From Promethearchaeota archaeon (lineage in GTDB: Archaea; Asgardarchaeota; Lokiarchaeia; Sigyniarchaeales; SOKP01), in the NCBI GenBank assembly GCA_008080735.1, contig SHMW01000001.1, positions 117,047 to 143,576 on the forward strand: a DNA stretch of 26,530 nucleotides, in the 5' to 3' direction. Below are positions 9,778 to 18,603 of the stretch, one piece after another. Under the pieces are notes generated by a model that saw only the letters and a list, made by a program, of their open reading frames with translations, searched no databases and was not told where the DNA came from. Both the position numbers and the translations under genes were made by a program. Numbering within the stretch: position 1 is the first letter of the stretch; every line of letters begins with the position of its first letter.

Positions 9778-10227
9778 CACTTTTTTCAACTTTTTTTCTT
9801 TTTTGATTTTGTTTTTTTATTCATCAGAAGCAACCAACAAAAAAATCCGATTCGAACGTTTTTTTGATTGCTTTATAAAGATAAAATAATTACTACTACT
9901 TGTAGTAATCCTAATATCACGCTTAACAATAATACAGAGTCTGAGACAAAATTTCCACTTTTAGGTGGTATTATTCCCATTTTGTTCAACCTTATATTAT
10001 TGTTAATGTGTATTTTAAAAAGTATTATTATCCTAAATCGCTCTTTATTAAAAAAATTTTTTGTTTTATTTCTTTTGCCAAATCTCTTTTTGAGATATAT
10101 TGACTGATCTACATACCTAATTTATGAAAAGAAACTATATGATGATCATTTTGCGCATAAAAATTCATTAATTTCAAATTATTTAGTTACTCTATAGTAC
10201 TCTACTACTATTATATGTGGATAAAAA

Positions 10228-10806
10228 ATGTCCGATGAAACCAGATATTCTAACGAGTCCTACGAGTTTCGGTGTCCAAAATGTAAAGAGGGACTGATTC
10301 AGATTTCCCAAACGGAATATGATTTACCAGATGAAGATAAAATGCTCATTATTAAATTAGAATGCAGTAAATGTGATTTTCTTAAAACTGATATTATTCC
10401 CATGACTGCTCGCACTGAACCTGGAAGGTCTATATTAAAAGTGAAAGAGGAAGCGGATCTTCGATCCAAGATCTATCGCTCTCCATCTGCTAAATTAGAG
10501 GTTCCCGAATTGGAATTAATGGTCAATCCTGGTCCTTATGCGGATTTTTATTTTACCAATGTCGAGGGAATATTGCTCAGATTTGAGAAGGCAGTAACTA
10601 CTTATAAGAACAGTTTAAATGAAACAGATCCCAAAAAGAAAGAGGTGATTACACTATTAAACGACATGAAAAAAGCAATGAACGGACAGATGCCATTTAC
10701 ACTCATTATCGAGGATACTGGGGGTGGAAGTTATATCATACCAGAAAATAAGCAAAATTACAAATTTTTAAAATTAGACCCAAATATGATGAATGAGAAG
10801 AATTAA
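10228..10806 (+). CDS. zpr1: ZPR1 zinc-finger domain protein (single-module archaeal type)
   Basis: CPKC...CSKC, PELEL.V.PG, TNVEGIL.R and FTLIIED..G.SYI. Confidence 0.92.
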   Translation: MSDETRYSNESYEFRCPKCKEGLIQISQTEYDLPDEDKMLIIKLECSKCDFLKTDIIPMTARTEPGRSILKVKEEADLRSKIYRSPSAKLEVPELELMVNPGPYADFYFTNVEGILLRFEKAVTTYKNSLNETDPKKKEVITLLNDMKKAMNGQMPFTLIIEDTGGGSYIIPENKQNYKFLKLDPNMMNEKN

Positions 10807-10880
10807 ATTTCTAAATAGGTAGGATTTTTAATATAGTCTAACTTAATTAACAAAAAAACCAATTTGAAACGTGAAAGATT

Positions 10881-12062
10881 ATGACAGACAAAAGAATAAT
10901 CGGTATTTTAACTGGTGGAGGTGATTGTCCTGGGCTTAACAGCGTTATATATGGAATTATGTTAAAAGCTTTTGATTCAGATACAGAATGCATTGGGATT
11001 ATTAAAGGATGGAAGGGTTTCATGGAAAATTTAACCATGCCATTGAATATTGCAGAACATGATGATTTACATACTGTTGGTGGTACATTGTTATACACCA
11101 GTCGAACGAACCCATTTTCATCGGTCGCCGTAGCAGAAACGGAAGAGAAGAAAAAAGAACTCGAGGAAAAAATAGCCAAGGAGATGGCAGGGAAATTTGA
11201 CGATCTAGGAATAGACGCATTAATTGCCATTGGTGGAGATGATACCCTCGGGGTCGCCGATACTATTTGTAAGTACACAGATGCGAAAATTATTGGATGT
11301 CCTAAAACAATTGATAATGATCTGTTAGGAACAGACTATACATTCGGATTTTGGAGCGCTGTTCAGTTGGCATCTAACTCAATGGATAATTTAACAACTA
11401 CCGCAAGATCTCATCAAAGAATTTTCGTAGTAGAAGTTATGGGCAGAGATGCGGGATTCTTGACAATTTATAGTGGAATATCCAGTGGAGCAGATATTAT
11501 ACTTATTCCGGAAACCCCTTTTAATCTTAGAAAACATGTAATAGAAGTTCTTAAACGACGGGTTAGAGCAGGTCATAAATATCATATTATCGCTTGTTCA
11601 GAAGGGGCATATCCATCGGATGAGTCGCTGAAACGAGACTTCGAAACCATTTCTCAAGAGACAATTGATAAATTGCCAAAGGACACTTTTGGAAATCCTC
11701 TGCTATCAAAACTGAATATGTCACAGATTTTAGTCAGTGAATTACGCCTAAATGAAGAGTTAGAAAAAGAGTTCCAGCAAAATAATACCAATTATGAATG
11801 TCGGAGTGTAGTGTTGGGTCATACCATGCGTGCAGGGACGCCCAATTCGTTTGATCGGATATTAGGACTTAGATTAGGGCTTGCTGCAATGAAATTGGCA
11901 TTAGAAAATAAGTTTGGTATGATGGTATCACTTCGCGGGAATGATATTAAGAGCCTTCCTCTTGCTGAAGGCGCCAAAAAGAAATATGTGGAAAAAGATA
12001 GTGATATTGTAGAGTTGCGGAATTTAATGATTAAGATCCGATATAAATCAAGAGAAATATAA
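10881..12062 (+). CDS. PfkA-family 6-phosphofructokinase, PPi-dependent signature
   Basis: TGGGDCPGLN, GGT.L.TSR, GGDDT, PKTIDND, EVMGR and LGH..RAG. Confidence 0.93.
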   Translation: MTDKRIIGILTGGGDCPGLNSVIYGIMLKAFDSDTECIGIIKGWKGFMENLTMPLNIAEHDDLHTVGGTLLYTSRTNPFSSVAVAETEEKKKELEEKIAKEMAGKFDDLGIDALIAIGGDDTLGVADTICKYTDAKIIGCPKTIDNDLLGTDYTFGFWSAVQLASNSMDNLTTTARSHQRIFVVEVMGRDAGFLTIYSGISSGADIILIPETPFNLRKHVIEVLKRRVRAGHKYHIIACSEGAYPSDESLKRDFETISQETIDKLPKDTFGNPLLSKLNMSQILVSELRLNEELEKEFQQNNTNYECRSVVLGHTMRAGTPNSFDRILGLRLGLAAMKLALENKFGMMVSLRGNDIKSLPLAEGAKKKYVEKDSDIVELRNLMIKIRYKSREI

Positions 12063-12137
12063 AAATATAAAAACTATTTTTCCTTATTTTTTGAATCTCG
12101 TTAATGAATGAATAAAAAGAAAGAAGTTGATTATATT

Positions 12138-13376
12138 TTAGCCAAAATGTTTTTCTTCTTCGGCTTCAGCTTCTAAAGCGTCTTGCTCAATATCCCGTCC
12201 AAGCCATTTTTCACTTAAAAGTTCATCGTAGTATTCATGTTGGATAATCAATGACATAATCTCTGAAGTTCCCGTCCAAATCATCGCCAATCGAGCATCT
12301 CTTAGAAGGCGTTCGATAGGATATACAGTGGAATACCCAATTCCCCCCATAACTTGCATGGCTAAATTAATAACTTCCCAACATTTTTCTGTTGAAAATT
12401 TTTTGGATTCTGAAACACATCTTCGCTGGACTTGTGGTGAAGCTCCCATATCGATAGCTGTTGCCGTATTATATACTTGATTGCGACATGCATCTAAGAG
12501 CGTAATTCCTTCTGCTATCTTGAAACTCACGGCTTCGAACTTTTTGATAACTCTACCGAATGCTTTTCTCTTAGAACTATATTTTGCGGCAATGCGTAAA
12601 CACGCGCGTGCGGTTCCAAGAATTCCAGATGCTGTTGTTAATCTTTCGGGTACCATCATTTGATAGAATATTTTTCCACCATCGCCCTCATTTCCGATAA
12701 GATTCTCTTCGGGCACTCTTACGTTATCGAATTTTAATCTTCCCGCACCGCCCCCACGAGTACCCATCAATCCATATACATATTCGGTGTTTACTCCATC
12801 ATCTCTATCAACCACAAATAAGCTTATGGATTTATGACGGTGAGCTTCTGGATCTGTTTTAGCGTATACCAAAAAGAAATCTGCGCCTTCTGCTCCCACC
12901 ACGAAACGTTTCTCACCATTAAGTATATATTCATCTCCGTCTTTTTCTGCGGTCGTGGTCGCACCAAAAAAATCTGACCCTCCTCTAGGTTCTGTCAGTG
13001 CCTCTGCCGTAAATTTTTTTCCGTTTAACATTGGAACAAGATATCTTTGTTTCTGGTCTTCGTTTCCGAATATGTTTAATGCTTCTCCACAAATACTCAC
13101 TAGTGAATAGAGACAGCCCAAACTCATTCCCAACACACCAATCTCCTCCAATGCAACTACTTCATGTCTCCAGTCTAAACCTCTTCCTCCATACTTTTCT
13201 GGAAATCGTAATCCGATAAGATTATGTTTTGCTAAATTTTCCACATATTCAGTAGGATATTGGATTTCATCCTTATCCATTTTTTTTAGAAGAGAATGAG
13301 GAACTTCGTCTTTAACAAACGCTCTAGTCTCATCCCGAACTGCTTTTTCTGAATCACTTATTATATAATCAAACAT
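12138..13376 (-). CDS. Acyl-CoA dehydrogenase family protein
   Basis: [33 protein letters not shown] and RDAR...IWTGTSEI. Confidence 0.95.
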   Translation of the reverse strand: MFDYIISDSEKAVRDETRAFVKDEVPHSLLKKMDKDEIQYPTEYVENLAKHNLIGLRFPEKYGGRGLDWRHEVVALEEIGVLGMSLGCLYSLVSICGEALNIFGNEDQKQRYLVPMLNGKKFTAEALTEPRGGSDFFGATTTAEKDGDEYILNGEKRFVVGAEGADFFLVYAKTDPEAHRHKSISLFVVDRDDGVNTEYVYGLMGTRGGGAGRLKFDNVRVPEENLIGNEGDGGKIFYQMMVPERLTTASGILGTARACLRIAAKYSSKRKAFGRVIKKFEAVSFKIAEGITLLDACRNQVYNTATAIDMGASPQVQRRCVSESKKFSTEKCWEVINLAMQVMGGIGYSTVYPIERLLRDARLAMIWTGTSEIMSLIIQHEYYDELLSEKWLGRDIEQDALEAEAEEEKHFG

Positions 13377-13530
13377 TTTTGATCTTTTTTTTGAGAATTA
13401 TTTAAGAATTATAATCATCTTTTAACTAAAATTGTTATCTTCTTTTCAAAAAACTTGCAGAAAGAAATAAAGTAAAAGAAATTTAAGTCTGATTACATAA
13501 AAAGAGATCGTGAAAGGCGGGTTTCTCGAA

Positions 13531-13561
13531 TATCCACATATATCCACATATCACCCACATA
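13531..13561. repeat. Short direct repeat TATCCACATA x2 plus a degenerate third copy (ACCCACATA)
   Basis: Read directly: tatccacata tatccacata tc acccacata, between the NTase-like gene and the acyl-CoA dehydrogenase gene. Confidence 0.7.
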
Positions 13562-13586
13562 ATATTTACAAATTATCAAAAATAAT

Positions 13587-14732
13587 TCATTGTTCTATTT
13601 CAAAAACTACATTTTGATGTTTAAATTTAGAATTGAGTAATTCCAAAATAGTGTGGGTAAAAGTTTCTAGGTTTTTGGCATAATTCCTTTTCTCTTCAAT
13701 TTGCTCTACTAAAAAATTATGAATCATCTCTCTGGTGGCGTCGATCCCATTCATTTTAAGAAAATTTTGCCAATGAACTGAGATGTTACAAATTGATTTA
13801 ATTTCCTCATCTGGATATTTGGTCTCATCATAAATCTCCTCATGATATTTTTCAATTGCTTTACTCACATTTCTTGAATGTTCAGCAATGGCCATAGAAT
13901 AGCGACAAAGGCTTATCATATTTGATATAGTTCGGGTATTTCTCGTGTTCGCGGCTTCTTCAAAGGATTTTCTCGTTTCTCTCCATTCTTCTACGTCCTT
14001 TACGTCATCAAAACTATTTACCATCACCACGTTTATAATATCGCTTAAATCAACGTCATGCCCACGTTTTAATTTCTTCAGAAACACTTCTTTTAAACTA
14101 GCTCCCTCTAAATAACTGCCCGCTCCAAAATCCAATAATTGAGAAAGATTATTTGCAGCATAAAGAACCTCATTCCTGGTTTCTCCTGTTTTCGGATTTT
14201 TCCACATAATTCCTTTTTCCCATTCTTTTGATTTTTTGTTCCATTTAAATCCGCATTCTCTTAATGCAGCATCTAACAAGTTTATATGAAAAGTCCAAAA
14301 GTCAATGTCGTCCGTAAATCTTTTCCTACGCCAATCTCGTGAAGTGTATTTTCCCAAATAGATTTTTACCGTCCCTCTGAATAGGGATTCTTTACCCTCT
14401 TGAAGCGCATTTTTGGCTTCTTTATGATATATGCTATTCGGATTTTCTGAATATTTTACCACTTTATTGATAATCTTTTCTACTTCATCTGCGACAATAT
14501 CACAAGGTATATTCCCATCAGAAGGATAAGATCTTGAACCACCTTTCAAAAAATTTCGAAATAGCTGATAATCATCCTGGGGGATTTCATACCATGGATT
14601 GTTGAACATAGCTTTTTTAAAGACATAATGCGTCTTTCCTCTCTCATCCTCATAGATCTTTTCTGGAGAAATTTTCCGTTCGTCATCTCCTTTTTGTTTC
14701 GCATCTGCTCGAACATCCCAGATATGATTCAT
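13587..14732 (-). CDS. Hypothetical protein, probable Pol-beta superfamily nucleotidyltransferase (AbiEii/DUF1814/DUF6036-like core)
   Basis: 381 aa ORF. FRGT...YLG...RKRFTDDIDF resembles G[GS]...R.T.D.D; SLKEVFLKKLKRGHDVDLSDI resembles the K...R.KD..D motif. Family assigned by motif inspection only. Confidence 0.6.
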   Translation of the reverse strand: MNHIWDVRADAKQKGDDERKISPEKIYEDERGKTHYVFKKAMFNNPWYEIPQDDYQLFRNFLKGGSRSYPSDGNIPCDIVADEVEKIINKVVKYSENPNSIYHKEAKNALQEGKESLFRGTVKIYLGKYTSRDWRRKRFTDDIDFWTFHINLLDAALRECGFKWNKKSKEWEKGIMWKNPKTGETRNEVLYAANNLSQLLDFGAGSYLEGASLKEVFLKKLKRGHDVDLSDIINVVMVNSFDDVKDVEEWRETRKSFEEAANTRNTRTISNMISLCRYSMAIAEHSRNVSKAIEKYHEEIYDETKYPDEEIKSICNISVHWQNFLKMNGIDATREMIHNFLVEQIEEKRNYAKNLETFTHTILELLNSKFKHQNVVFEIEQ

Positions 14733-14821
14733 ATTAGTAAATAATCAATATTTGTTCTTATATCAAATAAAAAAATCTGCCTAATTAAGTATTTTTTTAA
14801 AAGAAGGAAAAAAAATAGAGT

Positions 14822-15124
14822 TTAACTGAGACCAAATATTTCCTTAGCTCGCTCCTCAACCAACGTGTTATTCTTAAGATCCCATAATTCCCCATAATGG
14901 AATTCTTTCTCATTTTTAACAACTATCGGCAAGCTCTCTACACAAGCACCCATATCACAATATATATTCTTAAAGGTTTCATTATCCATTAAAGGATCGT
15001 TAAAATCATCCGGATCTTGATAATCTAATACCTGATAATCAACCTCTTTATCCTTTAACCAATTTAACAACTGCTCACAAAAAAAACACTTTCTTTTTAC
15101 GATTATCTTAAATTCTGGACTCAT
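14822..15124 (-). CDS. Glutaredoxin/thioredoxin-fold protein
   Basis: Beta strand followed by CFFC and a helix (LL.WL....V.Y...D); cis-Pro loop SLPIVV. Internal ATG at 15124 preferred to 15157. Confidence 0.75.
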   Translation of the reverse strand: MSPEFKIIVKRKCFFCEQLLNWLKDKEVDYQVLDYQDPDDFNDPLMDNETFKNIYCDMGACVESLPIVVKNEKEFHYGELWDLKNNTLVEERAKEIFGLS

Positions 15125-15306
15125 ATTTGAAAAGTATAGATTTAGATTTTTAAACATTATTTTTATAAAATAATTGTTAATCTAGTAAAAAGAAAATTTA
15201 AGAGCTCCTAAAAAGATATTGAATAAGGTCACCTACAAATCGGAAAAGTTCTAATTTTTGAGTTATTGGGAATATATTATTAATTTTGCATTTCTTATAT
15301 GTATTG

Positions 15307-15984
15307 ATGACGAATTTTTTTGAAATCTACACTTACGATCCGGACAATCCCAGAAGTGAAGTATTATCAAAAGTGCGATTGCTCGCGATTAATGAATTAT
15401 TTGAAAAATACCCCGTAATAGAGGCAGAATTTTTTGATGATCTCACCAGAAATATCAGAAAATATGGACACTATTCTTTTTTAAAAACTCTTAAGAGAGT
15501 CGTTGGTCCAAATCAAGAGGATTACAAGATCCAAAATTGGCATCTGATTTGGGCAATGGACACAAGAAACCGTTTCTATCAGCTATTATTTCAAAGAGCT
15601 CGTCGAAATAATAAAATCCAAGGTATAATGGTGGCACTAGCTCCTCCGGAATTGGGAAAACTATATAATAAACACCAATACGATGCAGTGCTAAAAACCC
15701 TCACCTTACTCAATACTCATAAAAATATCAAATTTTTAAAGCTATTGGGAGCAAAAGGCAAATCTCTTGCTGAGGAACAACAAATATTTCAAATTAATCA
15801 AAATGATTTACAAAAAATTAAACTAGCTAATTATCTGAAAAATACTCCTAATATAGATGGACAATGGTTCCCAACATTTGCTCCAAAGTGCCCAATTTGT
15901 GGTGCAACTTTGCAAGATATGAAAGGATATCGAGTGGGGTTTGGGAAATTGATTTGTCCTCAATGCGGATTCCAAAAAATATAA
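15307..15984 (+). CDS. Hypothetical protein with C-terminal C4 zinc ribbon
   Basis: Long ORF ending in CPICG...CPQCGF. N-terminal domain not recognised. Confidence 0.75.
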   Translation: MTNFFEIYTYDPDNPRSEVLSKVRLLAINELFEKYPVIEAEFFDDLTRNIRKYGHYSFLKTLKRVVGPNQEDYKIQNWHLIWAMDTRNRFYQLLFQRARRNNKIQGIMVALAPPELGKLYNKHQYDAVLKTLTLLNTHKNIKFLKLLGAKGKSLAEEQQIFQINQNDLQKIKLANYLKNTPNIDGQWFPTFAPKCPICGATLQDMKGYRVGFGKLICPQCGFQKI

Positions 15985-16087
15985 ATAATTTTGGAAATTT
16001 AACACTTTTTAATAATGAAATTTATTTTTCATTATTTCATTATTTAGATCATAATAAAAAATTAAATTCAAGAGAGATTTAGATATT

Positions 16088-17632
16088 ATGTATGTATCTG
16101 CTTTAGATTTAGGGACAACGGGATGTAGAACGTATGTTTTTGATCTCGCTGGAACTGTGATTGCATGGGATTATAACGAATGGCAGAGTTTTTATCCAAA
16201 ACCTTCATGGGTCGAACAAGATGCGAATTCATGGTGGAACTCTATTAAATTGACAATTGATTCCGCTCTCGAAAAAAGTGGAATCGACATAACAGAAATT
16301 GTTAGTGTTTCTGTCACCAATCAGCGGGAAACCATTGTTCCAGTTGATAAGGAAGGGAATCCCTTACACAATGCAATTGTATGGCAAGACAGGCGAACAA
16401 CAGACCAAGTAGAATTTGTTAAGAAGAGAGTCGGAGAGGATAAAATCTATAACACTACTGGATTGACAATTGATCCATATTTTTCAGCCACCAAAATCCT
16501 GTGGTTTAAACAGAATAAACCAGAAATTTATAGAAAAACACATAAATTCTTGCTAGTGTCCGATTTTATTATTAATAAATTGACGGGAAAATTCATCACG
16601 GATTTTTCAAACGCTTCCCGGACTATGCTTTTTGACATTAATAATTTAAGATATTCTGAAGAGATCGCATCAGAACTGGAAATTGATCTTGATAAAATGC
16701 CAGAGCCTGTAGAAAGTGGGGTAGATATCGGGGAGATCGCCACGGATGAGACTGCTTTTGATAAAAAAACACTGGTCGTAACTGGTGCGGGAGATCAACA
16801 AGCCGCAGCACTAGGAGTTGGGGTGATTGGTCCAGGCGATATAAAATGTACAACTGGAACGGGAAGTTTTATTTTAGCATACTTGAGCGAACCAAAGCTT
16901 GATCCTGAGAAGCGGGTTCTCTGCAGCTGCCACGCTATTCCTGGCAGCTGGGTACAAGAAGCAAGCGTCTTTACGACTGGGGCGGTGTTAAGATGGTTTA
17001 GAGATGAAGTTGGTCATCTTGAACGTCAACAAGCGGAAAAAGAAGGTGTAGACCCGTATGATCTAATGACTAAATTAGCGGAAGGGTCCTCTCCAGGAGC
17101 TAACGGCCTACTTTTAATCCCCCATTTAGTAGGTGCAGGTGCCCCCCATTGGAACCCATATGGAAAGGGTATTGTGTTTGGTCTTTCTCTTGGACATCAA
17201 AGAAGAGATATTTATCGAAGCATTCTTGAGGGTGTTGCATTTGAAGTCAAGAAAAATATTGAAGTATTCAAACGGATTGGTATTGAGCCAGAAGAGCTAA
17301 AATTGACAGGTGGAGGCTCGCGATCGAATTTATGGAACCAAATAATGGCAGATGTATTAAATGTTTCTTGCGTTCGAAACGTGATAGAAGAGGCCACATC
17401 CCTTGGTGCTGCAATCTTAGCTGCCGCGGGTGCTGGAGTTTTTCCTGACATTTCAGAAGCCGCTGAGAATTTATGTAAAATCGATCAAAGATACATCCCA
17501 AAAGAGAAAAATAATCAGATTTATGAAAAAATATATAGATTCTCCTATGACGTATATAACGCTCTCAATGAAAAGAATTTATACAAAAAATATGATGATC
17601 TTTTTAAGTCGCTTGAGACATCAGAGCTTTAG
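16088..17632 (+). CDS. FGGY family carbohydrate kinase (xylulokinase/glycerol kinase-like)
   Basis: DLGTTG, WVEQD, TNQRET, WQDRRT, SNASRT, GDQQAA, TGTGSF, GGGSRS and EATSLGAA. Substrate uncertain. Confidence 0.93.
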   Translation: MYVSALDLGTTGCRTYVFDLAGTVIAWDYNEWQSFYPKPSWVEQDANSWWNSIKLTIDSALEKSGIDITEIVSVSVTNQRETIVPVDKEGNPLHNAIVWQDRRTTDQVEFVKKRVGEDKIYNTTGLTIDPYFSATKILWFKQNKPEIYRKTHKFLLVSDFIINKLTGKFITDFSNASRTMLFDINNLRYSEEIASELEIDLDKMPEPVESGVDIGEIATDETAFDKKTLVVTGAGDQQAAALGVGVIGPGDIKCTTGTGSFILAYLSEPKLDPEKRVLCSCHAIPGSWVQEASVFTTGAVLRWFRDEVGHLERQQAEKEGVDPYDLMTKLAEGSSPGANGLLLIPHLVGAGAPHWNPYGKGIVFGLSLGHQRRDIYRSILEGVAFEVKKNIEVFKRIGIEPEELKLTGGGSRSNLWNQIMADVLNVSCVRNVIEEATSLGAAILAAAGAGVFPDISEAAENLCKIDQRYIPKEKNNQIYEKIYRFSYDVYNALNEKNLYKKYDDLFKSLETSEL

Positions 17633-17822
17633 CTCTCTCTTCCTTTTTAATAACAGATTTATTCATTTTTAAAATAATCGGTTTTACTATTTTAACTATT
17701 TTTTCCATATTATATTCATAAATCGCAAAAATTGCATGTTATCAATCTATTTAGATTATTTTACTTAAAAATATATATTCTATAAACCATATTAATACTA
17801 AAAATTATTTTGAGTGAATACA

Positions 17823-18416
17823 ATGAACGAGGAATTTACTGAATATTCTGATAAAAAAGAAAAAGTTGCCACAGTCTTTTATATTATACTAGTTGCGGCT
17901 TGGCTCGTGACCATTGCGGGATCCATTTGGACAATTGCCGACATTTTAAATCCTACTGGAAAACTAGAAGCATTTCTTAACATCAATTTAGGGTATCAAA
18001 TAGCTATAATTGGTGGAATTCTGGCGGGATTATTCTTTTTACTCGTCTTCTTTATTGGCTTTTATAAGAGAGGAATAAAAACAATACTTAAGATACTTTA
18101 CAAAAAAAGGGAGTTGGAAGAAAAGTATAAGAACAGAATAGACGTTCAGATTGCCGCCGCGGGATTCTTAATAAGTTTAATTGTAGTTATTGTAGGTTTA
18201 GGAATTGCTTTACTCTGGGATACCTTTTCGGGTACTGATGAAGCAATTTTCTCCTTTACAACACTGATATTAGTATTCCCTAATGGTGTTTTGGTTCTAT
18301 TCGCTGGTCTTGGTCTATTTTTAATTATCGGAATAATCATATTTATCATTTATTTCATCCGGAATGGATATTACCTAGTACTGAAAATATTTGGGATATT
18401 AGAGAAGGAAGAATGA
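17823..18416 (+). CDS. Hypothetical membrane protein, about 4 TM helices, internally repeated
   Basis: Four long hydrophobic stretches. The two halves end in FYKRGIKTILKIL and FIRNGYYLVLKIF. Confidence 0.75.
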   Translation: MNEEFTEYSDKKEKVATVFYIILVAAWLVTIAGSIWTIADILNPTGKLEAFLNINLGYQIAIIGGILAGLFFLLVFFIGFYKRGIKTILKILYKKRELEEKYKNRIDVQIAAAGFLISLIVVIVGLGIALLWDTFSGTDEAIFSFTTLILVFPNGVLVLFAGLGLFLIIGIIIFIIYFIRNGYYLVLKIFGILEKEE

Positions 18417-18603
18417 GACGTTTTTAATTTAAACTTAAATCTCTCTTATTCAATTTTTTTCTGATTTACATTAAGTCAGTATTCTTAATTTTAAAGGTTC
18501 TATTTTCTTTCAAAATCAGAAAACTAACACACTAACTTCATTTAAATTACATCATTCCATCTAATGAGATTAAAAGTTATTTTTATCTTTAAGCGGATTT
18601 GAT

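Noticed and set aside
9868-10107. 79-aa ORF between porC and zpr1
   Set aside because: TTG start, low-complexity AT-driven composition and no motif; it lies in the divergent promoter region and is probably spurious.
10183-10210. TAGTTACTCTA/TAGTACTCTA/CTACTA micro-repeat before zpr1
   Set aside because: Short and imperfect; most simply explained by replication slippage.
10215-10224. Perfect DnaA-box reverse complement (TGTGGATAA) and near-boxes at 13530-13548 as an oriC
   Set aside because: The context is archaeal (Orc1/Cdc6-ORB origins), there is no initiator gene nearby, and there are too few boxes.
13503-13528. GC-rich GAGA...TCTC segment as an ncRNA or SECIS hairpin
   Set aside because: The stem is weak, and no in-frame UGA was noticed at Cys positions in the neighbouring redox genes.
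13531-13561. Repeat as a CRISPR remnant
   Set aside because: The unit is 10 nt with no spacers, and there are no cas genes.
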